From contig JBBQFN010000006.1 in the NCBI GenBank assembly GCA_038321985.1, positions 1 to 64,000 on the forward strand: a stretch of 64,000 bases of DNA, written 5' to 3'. The stretch is from Cyanophyceae cyanobacterium (GTDB taxonomy: Bacteria > Cyanobacteriota > Cyanobacteriia > Cyanobacteriales > Laspinemataceae). The stretch's first letter is position 1. Each line of letters starts with the position of its first letter. Below the pieces are notes generated by a model. The model had not been told where the DNA came from. It worked only from the letters and a program-made list of their open reading frames with translations, and did no database searches. This document shows positions 45,615 to 56,469 of this stretch, piece after piece. The translations under genes and the position numbers were made by a program.

Positions 45615-47174
45615 ATGAGTTACTGCCTCAATCCAAGCTGCCCCAATCCCAGCGATCCCGTTAATGCCAACACCCGCTATTGCTCCCACTGTGGATCGGA
45701 TTTATTAGTAGCAGAACGCTGTCGAGCACTCCAACTCTTGGGCAGCAACAGCTATGAAAAAACCTTTGAAGTCATGGAGTTAGGAACCGACAAAATTTTG
45801 AAGGTCCTCCAGCTTGAGGATCCCGTAGCGGTCACCCTATTTCAACAACAAGCCTTACTTCTAGGGAAAATTCACCATCCTGGTATTCCCCACCTTCAAC
45901 AAGGAGGCTACTTCAGCTTTGCGGCAACGAATAGTGCTAGCGCCGTGCATGGGATGTTGATGGAAAAAATTGAGGGGTTAAATTTAGCGAAGTGGATGGA
46001 AAGTCGCGCCTATCAATCGATTTCTGAAGACCTGGCTCTAAATTGGATCCAACAGATTGTCGAAATTTTACAGCCAATTCATCAAACCCCATATTTACAC
46101 CTGAATATTAAGCCCAGCAATATTATCCTGACTGATTCGGGGCAATTGGTCTTAATTGATTTTGGCACTGCACGGCAGGTGACTTCTAGCTATTTACGCA
46201 CCGTGGAACTCTCGCCAAGTTTGAAGAGTATTAATTCCGGGGGATATACGCCACCGGAACAACTCAAAAATGAAGCGGTAGCGCAATCGGATTTCTTTGC
46301 CCTGGGACGAACAATGGTGTATTTGCTCACGGCTTCGGACCCTTTGAACTTTTACAACGCAGAGACTGGGGAGTTTTCTTGGCGCGATCGCCCTCTAACC
46401 ATTTCTGAACAGGTTGCGGATTTTATCGACCGCCTCATGGATCCGGCCCCGAGTCAGCGGTTCCAAAATACCGAGGAAATTTTACAGGAGTTAGGGCAAC
46501 TGCAACCTCCGGTGGCACAGACTGAATGGGTTTCTGAATCTGGGGGGGCAGTCGCCTTGGCCCCGGATCGAGAATCTGTCGCCGAGGGGAATCTAGTTTT
46601 GCCGGGGCTACAACTGCCTAGTTTTCCTCAAGTCTTACCGGGAAAAGTGAAAGACAAGGCTGATGCAGCACCTCCCGTGAAAGCAGATAGAAAAAGGGCG
46701 CGCTTAGCAGGGGTATGGGGAATTTGGGCAGTGATTGGACTGGTGGGGGGATTGGGATCGTGGTTTTTCTGGACTCGTAGCAGTACAGCATATCAGTGTC
46801 AGCGATTGTTGGAGGCGATCAACGAGGGGGGGCAACAAGTAACTCAAATAGAGGGAACCGATGCTGCTGCCGCGAACCAAATGGCGCAACATCTCGATCG
46901 CCTTGCGGAAGAGTTATTAGGAATGAAGACCTCCGATGCTCAAGTCCGCCCCTATCCTCCCCGGTTAGGGAAAAGTTACCAACAATTAAGTCTATCCTTC
47001 CGCCAAATCGGAGAGGCGATCGCCATTGTTGATGCCGCCCCTTTATCAAAAGCCGGTTTAGACCAAGTAAAAGCTGCCCGCAAAAAGGCAGAAGAAGCCG
47101 GTAGAGTAGCCACTTTAGCCGCAAAAACTGCCGATGGAGTAGCCGGACAAATTCATAGTTACTGTAAAAAATAG
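45615..47174 (+). CDS. Membrane Ser/Thr kinase-like protein (probable pseudokinase) with 4-Cys prefix and extracytoplasmic helical domain
   Basis: MSYCLNP.C...C..CG prefix, HLNIKPSN, DFG, PPE, one TM; ATG 45615 preferred. Confidence 0.85.
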   Translation: MSYCLNPSCPNPSDPVNANTRYCSHCGSDLLVAERCRALQLLGSNSYEKTFEVMELGTDKILKVLQLEDPVAVTLFQQQALLLGKIHHPGIPHLQQGGYFSFAATNSASAVHGMLMEKIEGLNLAKWMESRAYQSISEDLALNWIQQIVEILQPIHQTPYLHLNIKPSNIILTDSGQLVLIDFGTARQVTSSYLRTVELSPSLKSINSGGYTPPEQLKNEAVAQSDFFALGRTMVYLLTASDPLNFYNAETGEFSWRDRPLTISEQVADFIDRLMDPAPSQRFQNTEEILQELGQLQPPVAQTEWVSESGGAVALAPDRESVAEGNLVLPGLQLPSFPQVLPGKVKDKADAAPPVKADRKRARLAGVWGIWAVIGLVGGLGSWFFWTRSSTAYQCQRLLEAINEGGQQVTQIEGTDAAAANQMAQHLDRLAEELLGMKTSDAQVRPYPPRLGKSYQQLSLSFRQIGEAIAIVDAAPLSKAGLDQVKAARKKAEEAGRVATLAAKTADGVAGQIHSYCKK

Positions 47175-47319
47175 CATCCCGAAAATATAGGCTGGGTTAA
47201 CTCGGCTGGATCATTTTTCAAGGAGGGAGGGCGTCTGATCCCCATTGCAACGGTGGCGGTAATTGTCAGATCAGGCTTGCCCACTCTTCACCCCTATTGT
47301 TTCCCTGATTTAAACGGGC

Positions 47320-47443
47320 TATAGCCTTTTTCAGTCCGGGAAAGTATAGATACGAGGGTTAGAATAGGGAGTAGGGAGTGCGTTCGCGTAACGTCTACAC
47401 TCCAAAAGAAGGACTATACCTCGTACCGGCGAAAACAACTATA
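47320..47443. mobile_element. MITE-like element with imperfect 30-bp terminal inverted repeats
   Basis: tatagcctttttcagtccgggaaagtatag ... ctatacctcgtaccggcgaaaacaactata, with an internal gggagta tandem unit. Confidence 0.5.
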
Positions 47444-47518
47444 TAGCCGAAAATTAAGCCACTTTTGACCAAACTTTATTGAAAAATTATTCTGGTTTTA
47501 GATCGATAAATTGACCTT

Positions 47519-48010
47519 TTAAAGATGAATTTCTAGGTCTAAAATATAGTGACCTAATTGAAGATTTTGAGACCAAAGTTCATATTCGAGACGCAAATGT
47601 TCAGGAATAGGGCGACCCGATAGAGTTAAACTGCGAGTATAATTTCGCATCCGTAACTGCTCATTACTACCGTCGGACTCATTTTGAAGCCAATAGCGGC
47701 TAGTTCCATACATTCCCCGTTCCCACTGGTGACGATAGCTAAACTGCCCATTCCCTTGCATGGTCATAATCACCCGGTAGGGAGAAATTTCTAGCCACAA
47801 CAGTCGGGAAGTAATGGGAGTGGGTCCGCTGCTGACTTGAGGAGTCGAACCTGACTCCTGAAAATCACACAGGGCCGGTTCAGTTAAGAGTAAGTGAAAC
47901 CGATCTTGGTCCTTTTGATAAAGGGTAGCAGCGGTTTCAACTACAGACCACAGAGGGAGGTCCGTCGAGATTAAGCAAAGGCTTACAGGTTTGCGGCGAT
48001 GGGTCAGCAT
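47519..48010 (-). CDS. Hypothetical protein
   Basis: 163-aa ATG ORF divergent from aroA; no recognisable motif. Confidence 0.75.
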   Translation of the reverse strand: MLTHRRKPVSLCLISTDLPLWSVVETAATLYQKDQDRFHLLLTEPALCDFQESGSTPQVSSGPTPITSRLLWLEISPYRVIMTMQGNGQFSYRHQWERGMYGTSRYWLQNESDGSNEQLRMRNYTRSLTLSGRPIPEHLRLEYELWSQNLQLGHYILDLEIHL

Positions 48011-48150
48011 GAGGGTTGTAAAGAACAGAGTGTGAAGAGTTTTCCAACAATCGACAAGATAAAGGTGTGGCCTGCTCTCAATTTTAGTATGGCAGCAGGG
48101 TCAAGAAGGGTGTAGGATTGCCCTAAGCCATCCCATCACAGTTTAGCCCA

Positions 48151-49503
48151 ATGCCCAGTTCGATCATAAATGTAAGAATTACGGAATCTCAGCAACAATT
48201 AACCATTGATAGACCCGCTAAAGGTTTATCGGTACAAGGACGCATCCGAGTGCCGGGGGATAAGTCAATTTCCCACCGGGCTTTAATGCTGGGGGCGATC
48301 GCCAAGGGGGAAACCACGATCGAGGGGCTGCTACTGGGAGAAGACCCTCGGAGTACCGCCCGCTGCTTTCAGGCATTGGGGGCAGAAATTTCCCCTTTAA
48401 ATGAACAACGGGTGAGGGTTCGGGGTGTTGGGGTCGGTCAATTAATTGAACCCACGGATATTTTAGATGCGGGAAATTCGGGGACTACGATGCGACTGAT
48501 GCTGGGCATCCTCGCCAGTCATCCAGACCGATTTTTTACAGTAACTGGGGATAAATCCCTGCGATCGCGTCCCATGTCTAGGGTGGTTCAACCTTTACAA
48601 CAAATGGGTGCTCAAATCTGGGGTCGGAACGGCGGCGCGATCGCCCCCCTAGCCATTCAAGGCCAATCCTTGCGCCCCATTCATTATCACTCCCCCATTG
48701 CCTCAGCTCAGGTTAAGTCTTGTATCTTGCTTGCAGCTTTGATGGCAGAAGGAACGACAACCATCACTGAACCGGCAGTCTCTCGGGACCATAGCGAAAG
48801 GATGTTGAAGGCATTTGGGGCAGAAATTTCCACGGATCCAGAGACGAAGAGCGTAATGATTACGGGACCCACCCAACTGAATGGTCAATCAGTGATTGTG
48901 CCTGGGGATATCAGTTCGGCGGCGTTTTGGATTGTGGCGGCAGCGATCGTGCCCGATTCAGACTTGACGATTGAAAATGTCGGGATCAATCCCACACGCA
49001 CCGGGATTTTAGAGGCCCTGGAGATGATGAATGCGGATATTCAATTAGAAAATGAGCGCATGGTAGCGGGGGAACCCGTGGCAGATATTCGAGTGCGTCA
49101 TTCTCAACTCAAGGGTTGTACCCTGGGGGGAGATATCATTCCCAGACTGATTGATGAGATTCCGATTCTGGCAGTGGCGGCAGTTTTTGCCGAAGGTAAG
49201 ACGGTGATAGGAGATGCCGCGGAATTGCGGGTGAAAGAGAGCGATCGCCTTGCGGTAACGGCTACGGTACTCAATCAAATGGGTGCGAAGATTACCGAGA
49301 TGCCGGATGGTTTGGAAATTACAGGGGGGACTCCTTTAACGGGGACCGATGTTGAGAGTTATGACGATCATCGGATTGCCATGAGTTTGGCGATCGCTGC
49401 CCTGAATGCCACCGGAACAACCACGATTCATCACGCCGAAGCCGCGGCTATTTCTTACCCCGATTTTACGGCGACTTTGCGACAAGTTTGCGAAGAATGC
49501 TAA
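48151..49503 (+). CDS. aroA: EPSP synthase
   Basis: [38 protein letters not shown]. Confidence 0.98.
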   Translation: MPSSIINVRITESQQQLTIDRPAKGLSVQGRIRVPGDKSISHRALMLGAIAKGETTIEGLLLGEDPRSTARCFQALGAEISPLNEQRVRVRGVGVGQLIEPTDILDAGNSGTTMRLMLGILASHPDRFFTVTGDKSLRSRPMSRVVQPLQQMGAQIWGRNGGAIAPLAIQGQSLRPIHYHSPIASAQVKSCILLAALMAEGTTTITEPAVSRDHSERMLKAFGAEISTDPETKSVMITGPTQLNGQSVIVPGDISSAAFWIVAAAIVPDSDLTIENVGINPTRTGILEALEMMNADIQLENERMVAGEPVADIRVRHSQLKGCTLGGDIIPRLIDEIPILAVAAVFAEGKTVIGDAAELRVKESDRLAVTATVLNQMGAKITEMPDGLEITGGTPLTGTDVESYDDHRIAMSLAIAALNATGTTTIHHAEAAAISYPDFTATLRQVCEEC

Positions 49504-49612
49504 TTCAGGACAATCGATCGCCTCGGTAAGTTTCACGGCTGGAAATGATACCGGGGCGATCGGTATTTAAAAATTTTTCTAACATTAATGCAATCCAAAC
49601 AGGAGTAATCCC

Positions 49613-50131
49613 ATGTCTAATTCAGGTTCTACCCCCAAAAGTCCGCTTGGGTTTGATGAAATTATTGCAATTTTTGTCGCGTTTTCGACCCTAGGTACAA
49701 TTTTTATATTATCCTTTCCCAGCACGGAGAGGGGCTTAAATATTTTTGAAAATAGAACGACTTCTCCCACTTCTGAGTCTCCTTCGTCAACGCCTCAAAC
49801 ACCCCAAAACCCTCTGAATCCATCGGTCAATCCTGGACAAGTTCCCAGCCTTTTGCCTGGATCCACCAATCCCGCTACCTCTCCTCAAGACAATTCAACT
49901 CCTATCTCAGGCAATCCAGGCGCTTGGGGTGGGTTAGCACTCCCCTTTTTGGCCCCTAACCCGACAAATGCGGAAGCGACTCCTACCCCCGCCAATGAGA
50001 GAACGACTCTTTCGAGTCCTACAAATGAGGAAACAACTCCCAGGGAGTCTCTAGAGACGCCAGTCCCCAATTTAGCTCCCTCAGCGACCCCCAAAACTCA
50101 GGCAACAACCGACTCAACCCCGAAGCCTTAA
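49613..50131 (+). CDS. Hypothetical single-TM protein with Pro/Ser/Thr-rich tail
   Basis: GFDEIIAIFVAFSTLGTIF TM then low-complexity sequence; AGGAG RBS upstream. Confidence 0.7.
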   Translation: MSNSGSTPKSPLGFDEIIAIFVAFSTLGTIFILSFPSTERGLNIFENRTTSPTSESPSSTPQTPQNPLNPSVNPGQVPSLLPGSTNPATSPQDNSTPISGNPGAWGGLALPFLAPNPTNAEATPTPANERTTLSSPTNEETTPRESLETPVPNLAPSATPKTQATTDSTPKP

Positions 50132-50521
50132 CCAGTAGGGCCTCGGTACAGCAGGAAGACAAACCGGGTTTTTTGAAGAAATTTATACGGATTACGAATC
50201 ACTTCGGACTAGAAAGCCCTTGTCTTGTCCGTTAGCTTTAAATACCTACCTAAAAAACCTCGAAGACTCCACCTTAACCTAGACCAAGAGACAGGGGAGG
50301 GGACTGGATCTCATCCGGGGCGGCTTATTACCCAAGAAAAACCCTCAACCCTATACAGGGTTTGTTAACTCATCGAAAAATCACCTTACCCTGTGTCTGG
50401 ATTGGGTTGAGGAATCAGAAGTTAATATCAGAAAAATATAGGAATTGAACCTATCGATGAGAAACCCTTGGAAAAGATGGGAATACTGGAAAAAAGGTAA
50501 GGTAATGGAGCGCACGGAATT

Positions 50522-50944
50522 ATGCTGCGCCAGATTAAACATATCTTCTGGAGTGTGCGGACTTATGCAGATCTCAGTCCCGATTTGTACATCAGGAAGC
50601 AGGTAAATCAGACATTATCGGAACGAGCTAACCTGTCTCGGGATGAGTGGTTTAACTGTTTTTGGCGATCGCGTGCAATTTCTTTTTCAGTGGTGAGTTT
50701 TGTCTATGTTCAATTGGAAAAATATTCAGGGTTACAGATGGGAAGACTGTTGCCTGGGGATCGCTTAGAGGAGGATTTACAGTTAACCCTGATATCCTGG
50801 TTTGACTGGAATCTTTATCTGTGTGATGATTTTTTTGATGAGTTTGGGATAGATATTGGCGATCGCTTTGACCTTCAGACGATGGAAACTGTAGAAGATT
50901 TGGTCCTCTGCCTCCATCACCTGACCTATCCGCCTTCCTTATAA
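50522..50944 (+). CDS. Hypothetical protein, C-terminus ACP-like
   Basis: 140 aa; P.DRL.EDL...FFDEFGIDI.D......TVEDLV pattern. Confidence 0.7.
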   Translation: MLRQIKHIFWSVRTYADLSPDLYIRKQVNQTLSERANLSRDEWFNCFWRSRAISFSVVSFVYVQLEKYSGLQMGRLLPGDRLEEDLQLTLISWFDWNLYLCDDFFDEFGIDIGDRFDLQTMETVEDLVLCLHHLTYPPSL

Positions 50945-51118
50945 ATATTCCTAGCGTAAAAAAAAAATAAGGGAATAAACTTTGGATTGGAGAGTATTAG
51001 TCAATAGGGCAGGGCGGACAAATTGACCGCCCCCATTCAAGGTAAGTTAACGCACGGGTGCGATTGCCCCTCCCAGAATTTCCAAGACTGACATCCCGTT
51101 GCCAGCCCTGGAAAATAA

Positions 51119-51583
51119 CTAGGAAGAATGGTTTCCGAGCACTTGGTCTTTTATGGCTGAAATATCCTGCACTAACTCTTGACGATTACTAGCACGCAGT
51201 AAGTAGCGATAGACAAACCAAGCCGAGTATCCAATTCCGACAAATTCAAAAAACGGCGCGAGTAAGGGAAGGTCATTCACGGCATCTACCATGGCAAGTA
51301 TCACTCTGACGGTAACCAGTGCGGACAAAAACAGTCCGACGGTGATAAGGGGTCGTTGGTACTCGCTGAAAAAACTGGTGACATACAGAGGTAGATCCCC
51401 TAAGATTTCCGTGGTGCTATCCACGATTTCCTCGAATCGAGTCGGCTCTTGAGTAGTAGGGGAAAAAGGCGCTAAAGCACCGGATTCGGCTGCGTTGATC
51501 TCGATTCTAAGCTGGTCGGCTTCCGCGGCTAACTGTGCCGATTTTGCGCTAGAGATTTCTGAGGTTTCAATTTTAGGATTCAT
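51119..51583 (-). CDS. CAAD-domain (CurT/CURT1-like) thylakoid membrane protein
   Basis: Two TMs with LPLLAPFFEFVGIGYSAWFVYRYLL...RQEL; AAGGAG before ATG 51583. Confidence 0.88.
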   Translation of the reverse strand: MNPKIETSEISSAKSAQLAAEADQLRIEINAAESGALAPFSPTTQEPTRFEEIVDSTTEILGDLPLYVTSFFSEYQRPLITVGLFLSALVTVRVILAMVDAVNDLPLLAPFFEFVGIGYSAWFVYRYLLRASNRQELVQDISAIKDQVLGNHSS

Positions 51584-51965
51584 AAAAAATTTCTCCTTGA
51601 CGAACAATAACTGGATCGTAGCTTGCGACCGGATAAGTTTGCCAACCTTCAGAGGTATTGCGATCGCATAAAATGCAGGTTCGCCGCAATCTGGGTAAGA
51701 CCCCAACCATTCCCACAGTCTTATCCCGTGGGAATTTGGCCCTTTAGAGTCTAGCTGTCAATTTTGTAGCAATGTTGTCTTGATTTTAAAGCGGAACCTA
51801 GGAAGTTTCAGCCCAATTTAGGGAGTCTTCGTGATTTGTGGGGTTTGATTCGTTGATGAATAAACCAGGCTTATCCGTCAATTGGGGATGCACCCCGGGG
51901 ATTAGACGAGTGAAAGGGTTAGGATCGGGCAAAATAAGATGGGAACCGATTAGACGCTATTGACC

Positions 51966-53291
51966 ATGAATGCAGATCATCAACAGTTGCAACAACAACT
52001 GAACCATCTCAAAGAACGCGTGCCGGGATTGAGCAGTCGCCTTTCACAAGCTGCCGTTGAACTGAAAGAAGCGGGAGTCCCCTTAGACGAACGACTGATC
52101 GAGCAACTGGTAGTTTATCGGCAGGATTTTACGGCGCTCAAATCAAGAGCGATCGAAGTGGCAAAAACCTACTCCGTGCCCGGAGTGGTACCACCGACAC
52201 AGATTTCTTCCTTGCACGATGTCCAGGGAATTTTACAGACGATCGCCCGGTCGGGAGGAGAAGTCAACGAGTCCCAAAAAGCGCTACAGTACATCGATCG
52301 CTTTCTGTCTCTGACTCATCGAGAGCAACCGAATTTTGCTCCGTTGCAGCAGGCACAAGCCCAAGCGCGAGAATTGCGTCAGATTATCCTCAACTCCTCC
52401 CCCAGCAACTTTCCCCCAGATGTCCCGGCGTTAATTTCGGGTCAACATCCCTGTTGTGCCTTCCTCACCCTGATCGAACCGGACCCCAATCTACAAGATG
52501 AACAGTGGGAAAGACTGCTAGATTTTTGTGGGCGAGCGTTTGGCAAACCCCTCACTCTCGCCGCAAGTCGAGGAAAATTGCAATTTTCGGGGACGGTGAG
52601 CGCCCCAGCCCCTACGGTAACACCCCCAACCGCAGCACCCCGACGATCGCCTGAAATGGTGGTCATTGCCGGATCCGGTGAGACGGTGGAACCGACAGAT
52701 ACCGAAGCAGAAGTGGAACGCTTACTTTCCCAACAGCCATCGTCACCTCCCTCTAACTTGCCCGATGTGATTATCCTCCCCAGTGCAGACGAGTCGCCCT
52801 CCCCTAGTGCGATCGCTCGTCCTGCACCGAATTTTGCCGCCCCTTCTCCCTCCACTTCAGGGCTTTCTGGTGTGGGAATAGAGGTAGGACTCAACGTTTT
52901 AGTTCATATTGAACGAGTGGGCGATCACCAATTCCATGAACACGAATTTGCTGGAACGCGGGGGAAATCCCTCCGCCTAGAAGGATTTGCTCTGGAAATC
53001 AATCCCCCGATTCCGGGCTTGGGTATTCGCTATATGGCCCATATTCAGGGCAATGGCGATACACCTTGGGTAACTGAGGGTGAGTGGGTTGGTTCTCGGG
53101 GTTCGGGTTTGCGTATTGAGGGTTTGGCGATCGAATTAACGGGTCCCGAGGCTGCTAATTACTCGGTCTATTACAAAGCGCATATTGAGCGAGTCGGGGA
53201 TACGCCGGAGTTTTCTAACGGCGACTTCTGCGGACGTCGCGGCATGGGACTACGGGTGGAAGGGATGGAAATCCATATTGATCGCAAGTAG
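51966..53291 (+). CDS. Protein with N-terminal helical region, Pro-rich linker and three ChW-like repeats
   Basis: 3x (AH/VH)I...GD......G...G.RG..LR.EG..I repeats at the C-terminus. Confidence 0.75.
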   Translation: MNADHQQLQQQLNHLKERVPGLSSRLSQAAVELKEAGVPLDERLIEQLVVYRQDFTALKSRAIEVAKTYSVPGVVPPTQISSLHDVQGILQTIARSGGEVNESQKALQYIDRFLSLTHREQPNFAPLQQAQAQARELRQIILNSSPSNFPPDVPALISGQHPCCAFLTLIEPDPNLQDEQWERLLDFCGRAFGKPLTLAASRGKLQFSGTVSAPAPTVTPPTAAPRRSPEMVVIAGSGETVEPTDTEAEVERLLSQQPSSPPSNLPDVIILPSADESPSPSAIARPAPNFAAPSPSTSGLSGVGIEVGLNVLVHIERVGDHQFHEHEFAGTRGKSLRLEGFALEINPPIPGLGIRYMAHIQGNGDTPWVTEGEWVGSRGSGLRIEGLAIELTGPEAANYSVYYKAHIERVGDTPEFSNGDFCGRRGMGLRVEGMEIHIDRK

Positions 53292-53307
53292 AGTCTCGCA
53301 ACAGGAT

Positions 53308-53352
53308 GAGATCCCTAGGACAAGAAACCGGGTTTCTTGTCCTAGGGATCTC
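53308..53352. repeat. 45-bp palindrome containing AGAAACC-G-GGTTTCT core
   Basis: 22-bp perfect arms with a 1-nt centre, between convergent genes. Confidence 0.85.
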
Positions 53353-53386
53353 CCGAACTCGGGATTGGGGAGGAGCGATCGCCCGT

Positions 53387-54199
53387 CTATAATCCCGCTA
53401 ACAGACAGAGTAAAAGGGCTTCGGTCCATTCCACAACGGCACCGTAGGTGTCTCCAGTATGACCCCCTAGTTTGTAATTAAACCAAGCGCCGCTGAGGAT
53501 GGCGACTGCACTGCCGCCGGTGACCATTCCGGCGGCTAAAATCCAGGCGTTGCGATCGAGGATGAGTTGTACTCCACTCAATGCCACTAAAAACAGGAAT
53601 CCGGGCAGCAAATTCCAGGGAGACCCCATAGAATCCTGGTGAATGGCTCCTTTACCGGAAACTTTTAAATAGGGATAGCGGGCGATCGCCACTAATTGTC
53701 CCCAGCGTCCCCAACCGGCGGCAGCCATCAGCACAATTACCCGGTTTGCGCTTAAATCACTCAAGGCGGCAATTTTTAGGGCAATTAAGGCCACTGCCGC
53801 CATTACCCCAAATGCCCCGGTGACACTATCTGCCATCACTTCCAGGCGTCTGTGAGGTTCTTGCACCGCCAAACCATCCCCGGTATCGATCGCCCCATCT
53901 AGATGCAATCCGCCGGTAATCGCAATCCAAGCCACCACTACCAGGGTGCTGCGCGTCAGTCCCGGCATGGCTAAAAACTGCAATAGGACATCCAGAAGAC
54001 CCAGCATTCCCCCGACTGCCACTCCCACAAAGGGTGCGTAGCGAGCAATCCCGCGAAACTCTAAAGTCCAACTCAGGGGAACGGGCAAACAGGTATAGAA
54101 TGCAGTCGCTGCCGCCAATCCCGAACCTAGGGTTTTTAATTGGTCTACTTTTGTCTGTACAAACTTAACGCTCTGTCTCACCCGGCGATTAACCCTCAT
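53387..54199 (-). CDS. cobS: Adenosylcobinamide-GDP ribazoletransferase
   Basis: TGGLHLDG..DT.DG, M.DS..GAFG, GGHTGDTYGA..E. Confidence 0.95.
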   Translation of the reverse strand: MRVNRRVRQSVKFVQTKVDQLKTLGSGLAAATAFYTCLPVPLSWTLEFRGIARYAPFVGVAVGGMLGLLDVLLQFLAMPGLTRSTLVVVAWIAITGGLHLDGAIDTGDGLAVQEPHRRLEVMADSVTGAFGVMAAVALIALKIAALSDLSANRVIVLMAAAGWGRWGQLVAIARYPYLKVSGKGAIHQDSMGSPWNLLPGFLFLVALSGVQLILDRNAWILAAGMVTGGSAVAILSGAWFNYKLGGHTGDTYGAVVEWTEALLLCLLAGL

Positions 54200-54403
54200 A
54201 GTAAAAATCTATATTTTTTCAGCCATTTTACTGAGCCGTCCACTTGATCACCTGTGCCAGAATTGGATTGATGAAAGTTATCAGTTGCCGAGCTCGGTTC
54301 GGGATGAGGCGCAACGCTTTCTTTTATTCCCTCTATAGGGCACCCGTCGGAGGGTCTAAAATCCCGAGAGGGTTTCGATTGTAAATTAAAGGCGGTTTCT
54401 ACT

Positions 54404-54859
54404 ATGATGCCAGATCAATCTCCTAACAGCCTGCCTGCTCCCTGCATTGTCGATACAGGTATTGTGGTCAATAAGCAAGATATGTATAGACTCCTTGCCG
54501 ATTTAGGTCGAGTCCGGTACGCACATTTCCAAGAGGGTCATCTCCAAACTCAAGGGGAAGGCTATGTGATGGAAGTTTTTGCTGACCCTCAACGCTCCAC
54601 CTTGATCGCCAATCATCGACTCTATATAAATGTCCAGAGTTTTGATTGTTTAGAACTAAAACAATCCTCGGAATCTGAATCTTACTTCGATCTTGTTCAA
54701 GATGACCGTCAATTGCGATTGCTTCCTCTGTCTAACCCGCTCAAGGAGCCATCTCCTAGAAATTTTGATAGCGCCGCCGCTTTAGAGGCCGTATTGCGAG
54801 AGGTCCTCATTGCTAAATTAGATGCCGAAATTGATGATGAGGGAATGTTGCCCTTTTGA
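54404..54859 (+). CDS. Hypothetical protein
   Basis: 151-aa ATG ORF between cobS and tgt; no recognisable motif. Confidence 0.75.
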   Translation: MMPDQSPNSLPAPCIVDTGIVVNKQDMYRLLADLGRVRYAHFQEGHLQTQGEGYVMEVFADPQRSTLIANHRLYINVQSFDCLELKQSSESESYFDLVQDDRQLRLLPLSNPLKEPSPRNFDSAAALEAVLREVLIAKLDAEIDDEGMLPF

Positions 54860-54997
54860 GAGGCGATCGCCGCTTCCTATTTAAACTTAATTTTCTTACT
54901 AATTCTGCTACTTTTTAACCGCAGTCTCTATTTTTCATGCCTCCTAAATTACTTATTGTCAAGAGGCGGGTATAATGGGTTGAAATTTACACAGTAA

Positions 54998-56119
<1,122 letters not shown>

Positions 56120-56233
56120 ACTCTGGCTGTCTTCACCGAGGAGTTTCCCGAGCAGAAAAATGAAATCCAAATCCTCCCGTATGTTAAAATCTGTGTCGAT
56201 TATTAAATTTGTGTTTGAGAGGGAGATATCAAC

Positions 56234-56371
56234 ATGGAAGCAGCACTACTACTGGCAAAACTACCGGAAGCCTACTCGATTTTCGATCCCCTGGTAGATG
56301 TTTTGCCAATTATCCCCGTGTTTTTCTTGTTGCTGGCTTTCGTGTGGCAAGCAGCGGTCGGGTTCAGATAA
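56234..56371 (+). CDS. psbK: Photosystem II protein PsbK (below ORF-track cutoff)
   Basis: Manual translation [52 protein letters not shown] upstream. Confidence 0.97.
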   Translation: MEAALLLAKLPEAYSIFDPLVDVLPIIPVFFLLLAFVWQAAVGFR

Positions 56372-56409
56372 ATTACCGACTTCAATCCAACGGAAAGGCC
56401 ATAAAAATG

Positions 56410-56440
56410 GAAAGGGGCGCTCATTCGAGCGCCCCTTTCC
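56410..56440. terminator. Hairpin terminator between psbK and GST
   Basis: ggaaaggggcgctc/gagcgcccctttcc inverted repeat. Confidence 0.75.
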
Positions 56441-56469
56441 TGCTCTAAAACTTCCCCGAGATTAAGTGA

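Noticed and set aside
54200..54403. Cobalamin riboswitch upstream of cobS
   Set aside because: No B12-box or other conserved core elements seen on the minus strand.
56209..56448. 79-aa ORF in the track
   Set aside because: Overlaps the real psbK gene in another frame.
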